Assembly: GCA_900318605.1 (NCBI GenBank)
Contig: ONLJ01000012.1
Location: 1-37,415, forward strand
DNA length: 37,415 bases
Direction of reading: 5' to 3'
DNA from: an uncultured Rhodospirillaceae bacterium
Lineage (GTDB): Bacteria; Pseudomonadota; Alphaproteobacteria; RF32; CAG-239
Notes under the pieces: model-generated
Database searches by the model: none
Seen by the model: only the letters and a program-made list of their open reading frames with translations
Told to the model about the DNA's origin: nothing
Shown: positions 18,395 to 27,749 of the stretch, in pieces
How the letters are laid out: the number at the start of each line of letters is the position of its first letter
Numbering within the stretch: the first letter of the stretch is position 1
Translations under genes and position numbers: made by a program

Positions 18395-19735
18395 TTAATT
18401 CTGTTTTTTCATAAAGGTTTCCAACCAGTGAATATCATATCTTCCGTCAAGATATTCCGGTTCTGAAATAATTTTCTGGTGCAAAGGAATCGTTGTTTTG
18501 ACGCCCATAATAACAAATTCTTCCAAAGCACGGCGCAAACGCATTAAAGCGGCATTACGGGTTTCGGCATGAACAATCAGTTTGGCAATCATACTGTCGT
18601 AATATGGCGGAATAGTATAACCGGAATAAATCTCCGAATCGACGCGCACACCTAAACCTCCCGGGGCATGCCATTCCTCGATTTTCCCCGGACAAGGAAT
18701 AAAACTCGAAGGATCCTCGGCATTGATACGACACTCAATCGCATGACCGTTAAATTTAATATCTTCTTGTGTATAACCCAAATGCGCACCTGAAGCAATG
18801 CGAATTTGCTCCTTAACGATATCGACTCCGGTAACCGCTTCGGTAATCGGGTGTTCAACCTGCAAGCGCGTGTTCATTTCCATAAAATAGAACTTACCGT
18901 TTTCATATAAAAACTCGAGCGTTCCGGCATTGCAATAACCGATTTTTTCGATTGCCTTGCGGACAATTTCTCCAATTTCACGGCGTTGTTCCTGATTAAG
19001 CGCCGGAGAAGGACATTCTTCGATAACCTTTTGATTATTACGCTGAATCGAGCAGTCGCGTTCGCCTAAGTGAATAACATTACCGTATTTATCGGCCAAA
19101 ATTTGCATTTCGATATGGCGCGGATGTTGGAGATATTTTTCCATATATACCACATCGCTCGGGAAAGAAGCTTTTGCCTCGGCTTTTGCCATTGTGAAAG
19201 CTTCTTCGATTTGCGACTCGTCGAGGGCAATTTTCATTCCCTTTCCGCCACCGCCGTCTTTAGCTTTAATGATTATCGGATAACCGATTTTTTCAGCCCA
19301 AGTTTTTGCCTCCTCAACACTTTCAAGCGCAGGAGAACCCTCGGTTACCGGCAAACCTGCTTCGATTGCCGCCTTGCGGGCGGTAATCTTATCGCCCATC
19401 AATCGCATTTGAGCAACAGTCGGTCCAATAAAAGTTATACCGTGTTTTTCAACCATTTCGGCAAAATCGGCATTTTCCGAAAGAAAACCGAATCCCGGAT
19501 GAATTGCGTCGGCACCGGTAATAATAGCGGCTGAAATTATCGCCGGTTTATTTAAATAAGAATCGGCAGATTTTGCCGGACCGATACAAACAGCCTCATC
19601 AGCAAGTCTGACATGCATAGCATTAGCATCGGCTTCAGAATGTACGGCGACCGTACGAATCCCCATCTCACGACAAGCGCGGTGGATACGTAAAGCAACT
19701 TCTCCGCGGTTAGCAATCAAAACTTTTTCAAACAT
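18395..19735 (-). CDS. accC: Acetyl-CoA carboxylase biotin carboxylase subunit
   Basis: KVLIANRGEVA, GGGGKGM, GERDCSIQR, EMNTRLQVEHP, YYDSMIAKLI. Confidence 0.98.
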   Translation of the reverse strand: MFEKVLIANRGEVALRIHRACREMGIRTVAVHSEADANAMHVRLADEAVCIGPAKSADSYLNKPAIISAAIITGADAIHPGFGFLSENADFAEMVEKHGITFIGPTVAQMRLMGDKITARKAAIEAGLPVTEGSPALESVEEAKTWAEKIGYPIIIKAKDGGGGKGMKIALDESQIEEAFTMAKAEAKASFPSDVVYMEKYLQHPRHIEMQILADKYGNVIHLGERDCSIQRNNQKVIEECPSPALNQEQRREIGEIVRKAIEKIGYCNAGTLEFLYENGKFYFMEMNTRLQVEHPITEAVTGVDIVKEQIRIASGAHLGYTQEDIKFNGHAIECRINAEDPSSFIPCPGKIEEWHAPGGLGVRVDSEIYSGYTIPPYYDSMIAKLIVHAETRNAALMRLRRALEEFVIMGVKTTIPLHQKIISEPEYLDGRYDIHWLETFMKKQN

Positions 19736-19757
19736 GGCAAAATCCTAACGTTTGTTT

Positions 19758-20243
19758 TTATTCAATAATAATCAGCGGTTCGCCGTATTCAACGGGATCA
19801 CCGGCTTCCACCAAAATTTTGGTAACACGACCGGATTTGTGCGCTTTAACCGGATTATAAGTTTTCATTGCTTCAATCAGGCAAACCGTATCGCCGACAT
19901 TAACCGTATCACCCTCGCTGACATAAGCCGGAGCATTCGGATTGCTGGCGAGATAAACAACGCCTACCATCGGCGATTTAACCGCGTTCGGCGAGTTAGC
20001 ATAGTCAACATTTTCGCTTTGAGTCGGTTCTTCTTTAGGCGCAGTAATGTTTTGAACAGTCGGTTGGTTAGGAATAACAGCCGGAGCGGAAACAGGAACA
20101 TAGGATCCGTAAACCGGAGTTCCACCTTCACGGGTTAATGAAATTTTGCAGCTTTCATCTTCATATTTCAGGGTAGTAAGCTGATTTCTATCCAAAATCT
20201 CAGCCAATTTATTTATTATTTTGGTGTCAATAGGGTTTGACAT
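19758..20243 (-). CDS. accB: Biotin carboxyl carrier protein
   Basis: VKSPMVG, biotinylation motif IEAMKT, VEYGEPL. Confidence 0.97.
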   Translation of the reverse strand: MSNPIDTKIINKLAEILDRNQLTTLKYEDESCKISLTREGGTPVYGSYVPVSAPAVIPNQPTVQNITAPKEEPTQSENVDYANSPNAVKSPMVGVVYLASNPNAPAYVSEGDTVNVGDTVCLIEAMKTYNPVKAHKSGRVTKILVEAGDPVEYGEPLIIIE

Positions 20244-20336
20244 ATCTCTTCCTTACTTAAAAAATTAACCTTAAGAATCGCTATAAACCTTTAATTTTAA
20301 AAAACAACAAAAATATGCGTTTTTTGCTCAAAAATT

Positions 20337-20391
20337 GCAAAAAATAGGGCAAAAATCGCAAAAAAATGCAAAAAAACGCAAAATTTAGCAT
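20337..20391. repeat. Helically phased GCA+A-tract repeats upstream of accB
   Basis: GCA at 20337, 20349, 20358, 20368, 20378 and 20388; the first five are followed by A-runs. Confidence 0.75.
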
Positions 20392-20414
20392 TTAAAAAAA
20401 ACAAAAATTTGAGC

Positions 20415-20456
20415 AAAAAAAGAAAATCCGAAACCAAAGATTCGGATTTCTTTTTT
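20415..20456. terminator. Intrinsic terminator downstream of the aminotransferase gene
   Basis: AAGAAAATCCGAA...TTCGGATTTCTT hairpin with flanking A/T runs. Confidence 0.8.
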
Positions 20457-20479
20457 GTTTTAATTTTATTTTTTGCCGT

Positions 20480-21640
20480 TTAGGCAGCTTTTTTCATTTT
20501 AGAAGCGGCAAATTCATTCATTTTAGAGATGATATAATCCTGCTGTTCTTTGCTCAAATACGGGTGCATAGGGATAGAACATACTGTCTTGGAAAGCTTT
20601 TCGCAAACCGGTAACGAGCGAGTATTCCACTTTTTGTATGCCGTTTGAGTATTAACAGGACGCGGATAATAAGCACCACACGGAATACCGTTATCCTTTA
20701 AGTAATTCATCAGCTCATCACGATGTTCACAGTGAATGGTATACAAAGCGTAAGCGGACTGACAATTATCCAAGATTTTTTGCTTGCCATAATAAGAGCT
20801 AAGTTCGGTATCATAACGTTTTGCGATGGTATAACGGTCTTTCAGTTCCTTATCGAATACTGTCAATTTTTGTAATAAAACTGCAGCTTGGAACGAGTTC
20901 ATACGACCGGTCATACCCAAACGAATGTTGTCATAGTGGTCTTCAGGGCTCATACCGTGAACACGGCAAGATTTAACCAATTCATTTTCTTCATTTGAAT
21001 TAGAGAAAACGGCACCGCCGTCACCATAAGCGGCCAAAGGTTTGGTCGGATAAAACGAAGTTGCGGTCATATCGGCGATTGAACCGGCTTTCTTACCGTG
21101 ATATACCGAACCGTAAGACTGGCAAGAATCGGAAAGCACTTTCATATTGTATTCTTTAGCGATTTTCATAATTTCATCGTAGTTACAAGGAGAACCGAAG
21201 ATATCAACCGGAATAATGCACTTCAGGTTAAGTTTACCTTCTTTTTTAACTTCGGCAATTGCACGCTTCAAGTCATTGATATCCATGTTGTAGGTATCCG
21301 GATCCGAATCCACGAAAATCGGAGTAGCACCTAATAAAACCGGAGCTTCGGCAGAAGCAACAAACGTGAAGGAAGAAACAAACACCGCATCACCCGATTT
21401 TACGCCCCAAGCCATTAAAGCAAGGGTCAAAGCATCGGTACCCGAACCACAGGTAGAACAATACTTTGTACCTGAATATTGAGCGAGTTTTTCATCTAAC
21501 TCTTTAGTTTCCGGACCTTGGCAATAAGCACCGTGGTCTAAAATTGTTTTAAATGCACTCAAAAATTTTTCCTGACCGATAATTTTTTGCGAAGCGGCGC
21601 AGTCAAATAAATTAATTTTTTCAGAAGGTTGATTTACCAT
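20480..21640 (-). CDS. DegT/DnrJ/EryC1/StrS PLP-dependent sugar aminotransferase (WbpE/GnnB-like)
   Basis: SGTDALTLALM, FTFVASAE, DSCQSYG, SFYPTKPLAAYGDGGA (PLP Lys), SIPMHPYL; start 21640 (RBS GAGG) or 21655. Confidence 0.93.
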   Translation of the reverse strand: MVNQPSEKINLFDCAASQKIIGQEKFLSAFKTILDHGAYCQGPETKELDEKLAQYSGTKYCSTCGSGTDALTLALMAWGVKSGDAVFVSSFTFVASAEAPVLLGATPIFVDSDPDTYNMDINDLKRAIAEVKKEGKLNLKCIIPVDIFGSPCNYDEIMKIAKEYNMKVLSDSCQSYGSVYHGKKAGSIADMTATSFYPTKPLAAYGDGGAVFSNSNEENELVKSCRVHGMSPEDHYDNIRLGMTGRMNSFQAAVLLQKLTVFDKELKDRYTIAKRYDTELSSYYGKQKILDNCQSAYALYTIHCEHRDELMNYLKDNGIPCGAYYPRPVNTQTAYKKWNTRSLPVCEKLSKTVCSIPMHPYLSKEQQDYIISKMNEFAASKMKKAA

Positions 21641-21734
21641 ATTTTTAATCCTCATATTTATAAAATTTCAACTATGGCTGATAATACAACGATTCTCATC
21701 GTTTTGCAAAACACAAAAAGTTTCTTTTTGTAAC

Positions 21735-21764
21735 AAAAAACTCCCGCTAGAATAAAGGCGGGAG
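21735..21764 (-). terminator. Intrinsic terminator of the murF-nrdR-nusB-def-SIMPL unit
   Basis: CTCCCGC...GCGGGAG stem followed by T6 on the minus strand. Confidence 0.8.
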
Positions 21765-21785
21765 CAAAATTATTCAAAACAAATT

Positions 21786-22595
21786 TTATTCCAAGAAATA
21801 TTCGACGGTTGAAACCACACGAATTTTCTTGTTAATTTGCTGAGAAGCAACGGCATTAGCGGTATCATCGCGCGGCAGAATCGAGAATACGCCTTGATTT
21901 GCCTGATGAATTTTACCAACCTTACTGTTACTGCTTTTAGCAAATTCTAATGCGGCTTTATGAGCATTTTGGGTTGCTTCTTCGAGCATCTTCGGCTTAA
22001 TTTCATTTAATTTAGTGAAGATATACGAAACCGGATAACCACTGTTTTGGCTGTCAAAAACAATCCCCTGAGCAATCAGTTCGCCCGTTTGAGCGAGCGA
22101 TTGAGCCACCAGTTCAACCTTATTTGAGCGCACTGTAATAGTTTTTGATAAAATAAAGCGTGAAGAAATTTCATCATTTCCGCGCCACGGATTCGCCATC
22201 AAATCGGTAGTTTCCAATCGACCGTTATCGATTTCGGCCTCCTCAAAACCTTTATTTAACAAAAATTCCTTGACTAAATCAGATTGACGCGACATTTCTT
22301 CTTGAGTTTTTACCAAATCATTGCCGGTAGTAACGAACTTCAAATCCCAAACCGCCAAATCAGAAACAACGTCCTTTTCCGCCAAACCCTTAACACTGAC
22401 CGTGTTAAAATTGATTTTTGCCTTATAGTAGTAATACCCCGGGAAAAAACCTCCCAAAGCTAAACCCAAAGCCAAAATCAAAGCTGAAAAACGGCTGATT
22501 TGCGGTCCGAAATGCGGTTTATGTTCCGGCTTAAGGTGCGGATGAGGTTTTTTATATTTTACAAAAGGAACTTCTTTGTTGTTGGTTTCTTCCAT
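21786..22595 (-). CDS. SIMPL (DUF541) domain protein
   Basis: TM helix then VSVKGLAEKDVVSDLAVW, FTKLNEIKPKMLEEAT, ANQGVFSI, KKIRVVSTVEYFLE. Confidence 0.9.
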   Translation of the reverse strand: MEETNNKEVPFVKYKKPHPHLKPEHKPHFGPQISRFSALILALGLALGGFFPGYYYYKAKINFNTVSVKGLAEKDVVSDLAVWDLKFVTTGNDLVKTQEEMSRQSDLVKEFLLNKGFEEAEIDNGRLETTDLMANPWRGNDEISSRFILSKTITVRSNKVELVAQSLAQTGELIAQGIVFDSQNSGYPVSYIFTKLNEIKPKMLEEATQNAHKAALEFAKSSNSKVGKIHQANQGVFSILPRDDTANAVASQQINKKIRVVSTVEYFLE

Positions 22596-22615
22596 TTTTT
22601 TCTCCTTAATAAAAG

Positions 22616-23137
22616 TTATTTTTCATTTTTTTCTTCGTAGTATTTTTCCAATTTTTTAAGCAAACGTGTACGTTTCAGGCGACTTAAATGATCGATATAT
22701 AAAATACCGTCCAGATGGTCAATTTCGTGCTGCAAAATAATAGAAAGAAGACCGCCGGCTAAAATTTCCTGTTCTTTACCGTAATAATCGATAAAATGCA
22801 CTCGTATTTTTTCATAGCGTTCAACATCGGCACGCTGATCCGGAAGCGACAAGCATCCTTCACAGAAAATAATGGTTTCTTCTGATTTCCAGATAATTTC
22901 CGGATTAACCAGATACATCGGCTTTTTTTCGGCATCTTCCTCGGTAGCATAATCAAGCACGATAACGCGTTTTGAAACACCGACCTGCGGGGCAGCCAAT
23001 CCGCAACCCTTATCGGCATACATAGTTTCGAGCATATCATCTAAAAACTTACGCATATTATCATCTACTTTTCCAACTCTTTCGCATTTTTTGCGCAAAA
23101 CTGGATGTGGATATGTATAAAGTTTCAGTACAGCCAT
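22616..23137 (-). CDS. def: Peptide deformylase
   Basis: GCGLAAPQVG, EGCLSLP, QHEIDHLDG. Confidence 0.97.
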   Translation of the reverse strand: MAVLKLYTYPHPVLRKKCERVGKVDDNMRKFLDDMLETMYADKGCGLAAPQVGVSKRVIVLDYATEEDAEKKPMYLVNPEIIWKSEETIIFCEGCLSLPDQRADVERYEKIRVHFIDYYGKEQEILAGGLLSIILQHEIDHLDGILYIDHLSRLKRTRLLKKLEKYYEEKNEK

Positions 23138-23139
23138 TT

Positions 23140-23628
23140 TTAAGCCCTTACATTTTTAGCAATCTGGTCAAGTACGGCATTAACCATTTTCGGCTCATTT
23201 TTGGTAAAGAAAGCATAAGCCAAATCAACATATTCTTGAATTAAGACTTTGGTATCGACATCGGTGGTATAAACCAACTCATAAATTGCACACAACAGTA
23301 GAGCCTGCATGGTACCGTTCATTTTTTCATAAGCCCAATCGCCTCTTAAATAGATATTGAGTGATTTTTCCAAATCTTCTTTTTTTGCATGGATTCCCCG
23401 CACCAATTTTTCAAAATATTCGGTATCGATTGCCCCGACTTCGACTAAGTGTTCATTACCATCGCCCTCGCTGTCGTCAATCACAAAGCGCCCGACCTCT
23501 CCTTTAACAAAATCTTCTATGACCTCATCTATGTTCAGTTGGCCGAAGGCTGCCATATAACAAGCCTGAACCGCCGCCAAGCGAGCTCCTGATTTCATTT
23601 TTATTTTTTCGGAAATATATTTAGCCAT
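23140..23628 (-). CDS. nusB: Transcription antitermination factor NusB
   Basis: ARLAAVQACY, VLIQEYVDLAYAFF, PKMVNAVLD. Confidence 0.9.
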   Translation of the reverse strand: MAKYISEKIKMKSGARLAAVQACYMAAFGQLNIDEVIEDFVKGEVGRFVIDDSEGDGNEHLVEVGAIDTEYFEKLVRGIHAKKEDLEKSLNIYLRGDWAYEKMNGTMQALLLCAIYELVYTTDVDTKVLIQEYVDLAYAFFTKNEPKMVNAVLDQIAKNVRA

Positions 23629-23640
23629 TGTTATTGTTCC

Positions 23641-24111
23641 TTAAATATCTTCATTATTGGTCAGTTTTTCTATTGTTGCGACAAAATCTTTTAAGTCTTT
23701 AATTGAGCGAAAATCCTTATAAACCGAGGCAAAACGGATATAGGCGATATTATCGAGATGAGATAAAGCTTCCATAACACTCATGCCGATTTCTTTAGTG
23801 GTAATTTCACTTTCGCCCGAGCTTTCGAACTTACGTTGCAAAGAATTGACGATTTTCTCCACTCTTTCGGCAGAAATCGGACGTTTACGCACTGCCAAAG
23901 AAATTGATCTTTCGAGTTTATCACGGTCAAACAGAGTTTTTTCGCCATTTTTCTTTACCACAATCAGTTCTCGAAGTTGCACTCTCTCGAAGGTAGTAAA
24001 TCTCGAGCCGCATTCCGGACACTCTCTGCGCCGCCGTACCGAGGTATTATCGTCGGTATTGCGTGAATCTTTTACTTGTGTTTCTTCGCAACCGCAGAAC
24101 GGGCATTTCAT
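23641..24111 (-). CDS. nrdR: Transcriptional repressor NrdR
   Basis: MKCPFC...VKDSR...RRRRECPECGSRFTTFE, ATP cone, AYIRFASVY. Confidence 0.98.
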   Translation of the reverse strand: MKCPFCGCEETQVKDSRNTDDNTSVRRRRECPECGSRFTTFERVQLRELIVVKKNGEKTLFDRDKLERSISLAVRKRPISAERVEKIVNSLQRKFESSGESEITTKEIGMSVMEALSHLDNIAYIRFASVYKDFRSIKDLKDFVATIEKLTNNEDI

Positions 24112-25436
24112 TTTTTAAGTTCTCCTTTTTTGATTAACTCTGATGCAACCTGATAGAGTTTTGAAGAATAGTGCGCTCCTTTTATAAGCACATTATCGCC
24201 GTTTTGCAAGAGTTTTTCAAGCAAAAATTCGGTTAATCCGTCTTTGTTTTCAAAATAGTATTGTTCTGTTGATTTCGGCAATTCCGAAAGCATATCTTTG
24301 GTTTCCGGACACACACCTATAACAATATCAATATTGCTGTTTGCCAAGCATTTTCCGACATCTTTATGACGTTGTTTTGAAGTTTCACCGAGTTCCGCCA
24401 TTTTTCCCAAAACCGCAATTTTCCGTCCCTTAATATTGCTTTCGCTTAAAGATTTAATCGCCAAAATCATTGCTTCCGGCTGACCGGAATAACTCTCGTC
24501 AATCAATGTATAATATCCGTTATTTAACAAAAGAGAATGTTTCTTTCCCCTACCCTCGAGCGCACCGAAATCTTTGATAAAAGAAGCAGCTTTTTTAACA
24601 TCTAGTCCGAGTGCTTCAACTACCGAAAGAGCGCACCAGGCATTATAAAGATGGTGTTCGCCGTTATCTTGAGTTTCAAATTTTGCATCCGTATGATGAT
24701 TTTTCCCGAAAGTAATAATTTTTCCGGCACGTTTTTCTGCGGCTTTTATCAGAATGTCGGCAAAGTTGGTATCTTCGTTGATTATTGCCGTACCGCCTTG
24801 TTTCAATCCCTCAAAGATTTCAGCTTTGGCATGGGCAATTTCCTCAAAGTTTTCAAAAAATTCGATATGCATCGGATAAACATTGGTAACAATCGCAATA
24901 TCCGGCTTAATCATGTTTGTCAGTGCCGAAATTTCGCCTTTTGCGCTCATACCCATCTCCAAGACCGCATATTTTGCGCTCATATCCAAGTCGCACAAGC
25001 TTTGCGGCACACCGACAAAATTATTATGATTACCGCTTGTGGAATAGGTTTTATCAAATTTTGAAAGCAGAAAAGCAATTTCCTCACGCGTAGTAGTTTT
25101 TCCAGAACTTCCGGTCAATCCGACAACCACACCTTTAAACAGACTGCGGTTATAAGCACCGATTTTACCATATGCTTTGAGGGTATCATCGACAACAATT
25201 TGATTTTGCGGTGGCACTCCTTCAATCAAACGGTTTACCACCATCAGGCGACAACCTTTTTGATATACATCTTTAACAAAATCATGAGCATCAAACTTTT
25301 CGCCTTTTAAGGCAATAAATAAGGATTTTTCATCTGTATTACGGCTATCGGTAGAAATCCTCTCAATTTCAATGCTGACAACTTTTGAATCAGAGCTTAA
25401 AATTTCGCATAATTTTTGGGAGTTTATTTTTTGCAT
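24108..25436 (-). CDS. murF: UDP-N-acetylmuramoyl-tripeptide--D-alanyl-D-alanine ligase
   Basis: STDSR, LKGEKFDAHDF, GLTGSSGKTTT, GNHNN, VLEMGMS, AVLGKMAELG; start ATG 25436 (RBS AAAGG) preferred to 25466. Confidence 0.95.
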   Translation of the reverse strand: MQKINSQKLCEILSSDSKVVSIEIERISTDSRNTDEKSLFIALKGEKFDAHDFVKDVYQKGCRLMVVNRLIEGVPPQNQIVVDDTLKAYGKIGAYNRSLFKGVVVGLTGSSGKTTTREEIAFLLSKFDKTYSTSGNHNNFVGVPQSLCDLDMSAKYAVLEMGMSAKGEISALTNMIKPDIAIVTNVYPMHIEFFENFEEIAHAKAEIFEGLKQGGTAIINEDTNFADILIKAAEKRAGKIITFGKNHHTDAKFETQDNGEHHLYNAWCALSVVEALGLDVKKAASFIKDFGALEGRGKKHSLLLNNGYYTLIDESYSGQPEAMILAIKSLSESNIKGRKIAVLGKMAELGETSKQRHKDVGKCLANSNIDIVIGVCPETKDMLSELPKSTEQYYFENKDGLTEFLLEKLLQNGDNVLIKGAHYSSKLYQVASELIKKGELKK

Positions 25437-25518
25437 AACTCGAATTTTCCTTTGAAAACAAAACATTTATATTCGTATATCATCAGCAAAAAATAAATGC
25501 AAGCACTTCTTTTTTTAA

Positions 25519-25661
25519 GTCATTGCGAGCCGAAGGCGTGGCAATCTCCCACGACAAGGTACTCTTCCACGTTTCCATCGTCATTGCGAGCTGAAGGCGT
25601 GGCAATCTCCTTCGTCTTTTCTGTCATCCTTGGGCAAGCCGACAGGCTTGAGCCGAGGATC
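25519..25661 (+). repeat. Cluster of three GTCAT-tagged palindromic (REP/RPE-like) elements
   Basis: GTCATTGCGAGC(C/T)GAAGGCGTGGCAATCTC at 25519-25548 and 25580-25609; GTCATCCTTGG...CCGAGGATC at 25623-25661. Confidence 0.88.
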
Positions 25662-25700
25662 CCGGCAAATTATAAAAAAACGCACTAAACAGCATCATAC

Positions 25701-25728
25701 AAAAAACCCCGCTTTCTGCGGGGTTTTT
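25701..25728 (-). terminator. Intrinsic terminator of the TPR gene
   Basis: AAAAACCCCGC-TTTCT-GCGGGGTTTTT. Confidence 0.9.
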
Positions 25729-25747
25729 ACCAATTTATCTTTCAATT

Positions 25748-26737
25748 TTATTCATCGGATTCCGGCTTTTCTTCCTCAACCACAACCTTAGCACCGCCGT
25801 CGGTCTTATCATGAGGAATAATATCCGGCAACGTACCGATAGCCTGCTTACGCTTCAATTTATTAACAAACTTAATTGAGCGCTGAGCATCCCACTTACG
25901 TTTACCTTCTTCGCTTTGATAAATCATTTTATAAACTTCGATTGCCTGATCAAATTCCGAAAGTTTAGTCAGGCAGGAAGCCAGTCCGTCATAAAGTTTG
26001 TGGGTATAGCGACCATTAACAATCGTTTGGGCCTTTTTATAGCACTTCAGGGCATCTTTAAATTTGAACATTTTCTGATATACATAACCGATACTAATCC
26101 AAGCCTGCAATTCCTGCGGGTTAATGTTCAAAATTTTAGTAAAACATTTCAAAGCCGAGTCGTTATCGCCCATCAACTGATAAGTAACACCGATTCCGTT
26201 CCAAGCCTTTGTATTATATTTATCGCCCGACAAAACCTTTTTGAAGAATGATATTGAACGTTCATACTGCTTTAATTTCTGCAAGGTTACTGCAATACTG
26301 AGCAAAGTCTGCGGATGTTTGGCATCGATTTTCATTGCCTGTTCCAAAACGTCCAAAGCTTCTTTATACGAAAACATGTGTTGGAGTGCAATAGCTTTAC
26401 CGTTTAAGGCTTCAAGCGACGTAATATCATTTGCGTACGCTTGATCAAAGCAGGCAATAGCTTCCTTATAAAGCCCGCGCATACTAAGCGTTACACCTTT
26501 GTTATTAAGCACTTCAACTGATTTAGGATTGATAGCCAATGCCTGATCGAAACAATTTACGGCATCGGTATATTTACTCATTTTCTGAAAAGCAAATCCC
26601 TGGCTGTTCATAGCCTTCCAGGCTCTCGGATTTTCCTTAATTACTTCCGAGAATTTAGCGATTGCTTCTTCATATTGTCCGGCATCTAAAAGTTCCTGAC
26701 CTCTTTTATATGCAGTATTTTCGTTTAATTTTACCAT
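25748..26737 (-). CDS. Tetratricopeptide-repeat protein (about 8 TPRs)
   Basis: 34-aa repeats (A.N.KG..L...G.Y.EA..CFD.A); start 26737 (RBS GAGG), since the upstream GTG falls inside the promoter. Confidence 0.9.
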   Translation of the reverse strand: MVKLNENTAYKRGQELLDAGQYEEAIAKFSEVIKENPRAWKAMNSQGFAFQKMSKYTDAVNCFDQALAINPKSVEVLNNKGVTLSMRGLYKEAIACFDQAYANDITSLEALNGKAIALQHMFSYKEALDVLEQAMKIDAKHPQTLLSIAVTLQKLKQYERSISFFKKVLSGDKYNTKAWNGIGVTYQLMGDNDSALKCFTKILNINPQELQAWISIGYVYQKMFKFKDALKCYKKAQTIVNGRYTHKLYDGLASCLTKLSEFDQAIEVYKMIYQSEEGKRKWDAQRSIKFVNKLKRKQAIGTLPDIIPHDKTDGGAKVVVEEEKPESDE

Positions 26738-26775
26738 TTTTCTTACCTCTGTGTCAAAATAATACAGTACCGAAA

Positions 26776-26804
26776 AATCTATCACAACAAATTTGTTATG
26801 TCAA
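26776..26804 (-). promoter_or_regulatory. Sigma70 promoter of the TPR gene with palindromic spacer
   Basis: TTGACA - 17 bp - TAGATT; spacer contains AACAAATTTGTT (26786-26797). Confidence 0.65.
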
Positions 26805-26810
26805 GTTTTT

Positions 26811-27734
26811 TTATATTATGCGTAACTGTTTGAAAACAGGGATATCCGTGCGGATTTCAATATATTTACAAGAAAATTTTTGGCAACTGCGGCGCAGATT
26901 TTCGCGCAAAAAAGCAAAATATTGCCGATATTCACTCTTAAACGAATCGGAATAGGTGTTGAATGTTAAATCCTGCGATTCGTAAACTGCGCGATATTCC
27001 CCGTCCGGAGGTGCAATTTCCTCCAAAACATCAAAAATATTGATACAGCACACTTTATTATTTTTAGCGAGTGCGGCAATCTGCTTAAATTTTTCAACAT
27101 CAATTTGAGAGAAATCACTTAAAATAAAGATAATACCATGCCCTTTTTGGTGTATTTGCAAGATTTTCAATGCTGAAGAAATATCTCCTTTAGTGCTTTT
27201 TTTCAGCACATTTTCCGAAGTTTTTGCCATCATTTTGAAAATAGCAGTCAAATTTTGGCGGTTATTTTGAGGTTTGAAGTAATGTGAATTTTCGCCGTCA
27301 AAAATCAGGGCGCCGAATCGGTCTTTATTTTTCAAGGAATACCAACCCAAAAGAGCGGCAATTTTTGCCGCCGATACTGTTTTAAGCTCATTTCTGGTAC
27401 CGAAAACCATCGAAGCCGACATATCGACAAGCACGGTAATTTCGCGGTCTTTTTCTTCATGATAAACTTTGGTAAAAGGCTCGGATTTACGCGCAGTTAC
27501 TCGCCAATCCATATCACGAATATCATCGCCGTAGGCATAAGCACGCACTTCTTCAAGCTCCATTCCCCGCCCCTTTAATGCCGACTTTATTTCACCGGAA
27601 AGAGTTGAAGTTTCGAAGTTATTTTTAATTTGCAAAAACGGCAGATAATTTTGTTGTTTAATAAGCTCCTCGAGCGAAACACTTAAACCGTCGCTTTTTT
27701 GATTTTGTGGCGAATTTTTGCGCTTAAACAACAT
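26811..27734 (-). CDS. DUF58 / VWA-like MoxR-associated protein
   Basis: GRGMELEEVRAY..GDDIRDMDWRVTAR, VDMSASMVFGT, FILSDF. Confidence 0.93.
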   Translation of the reverse strand: MLFKRKNSPQNQKSDGLSVSLEELIKQQNYLPFLQIKNNFETSTLSGEIKSALKGRGMELEEVRAYAYGDDIRDMDWRVTARKSEPFTKVYHEEKDREITVLVDMSASMVFGTRNELKTVSAAKIAALLGWYSLKNKDRFGALIFDGENSHYFKPQNNRQNLTAIFKMMAKTSENVLKKSTKGDISSALKILQIHQKGHGIIFILSDFSQIDVEKFKQIAALAKNNKVCCINIFDVLEEIAPPDGEYRAVYESQDLTFNTYSDSFKSEYRQYFAFLRENLRRSCQKFSCKYIEIRTDIPVFKQLRII

Positions 27735-27749
27735 TTTTTCAACTCCGCA

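Noticed and set aside
25519-25609. Two 30-bp direct repeats with a 31-bp spacer resembling a mini-CRISPR
   Set aside because: Only two copies, no cas genes, and the unit belongs to the dispersed GTCAT palindrome family also seen at 35.7 and 37.3 kb.
25497-25688. 63-aa ORF with repeated peptide
   Set aside because: Translation of the palindromic repeat cluster; no RBS or coding features.
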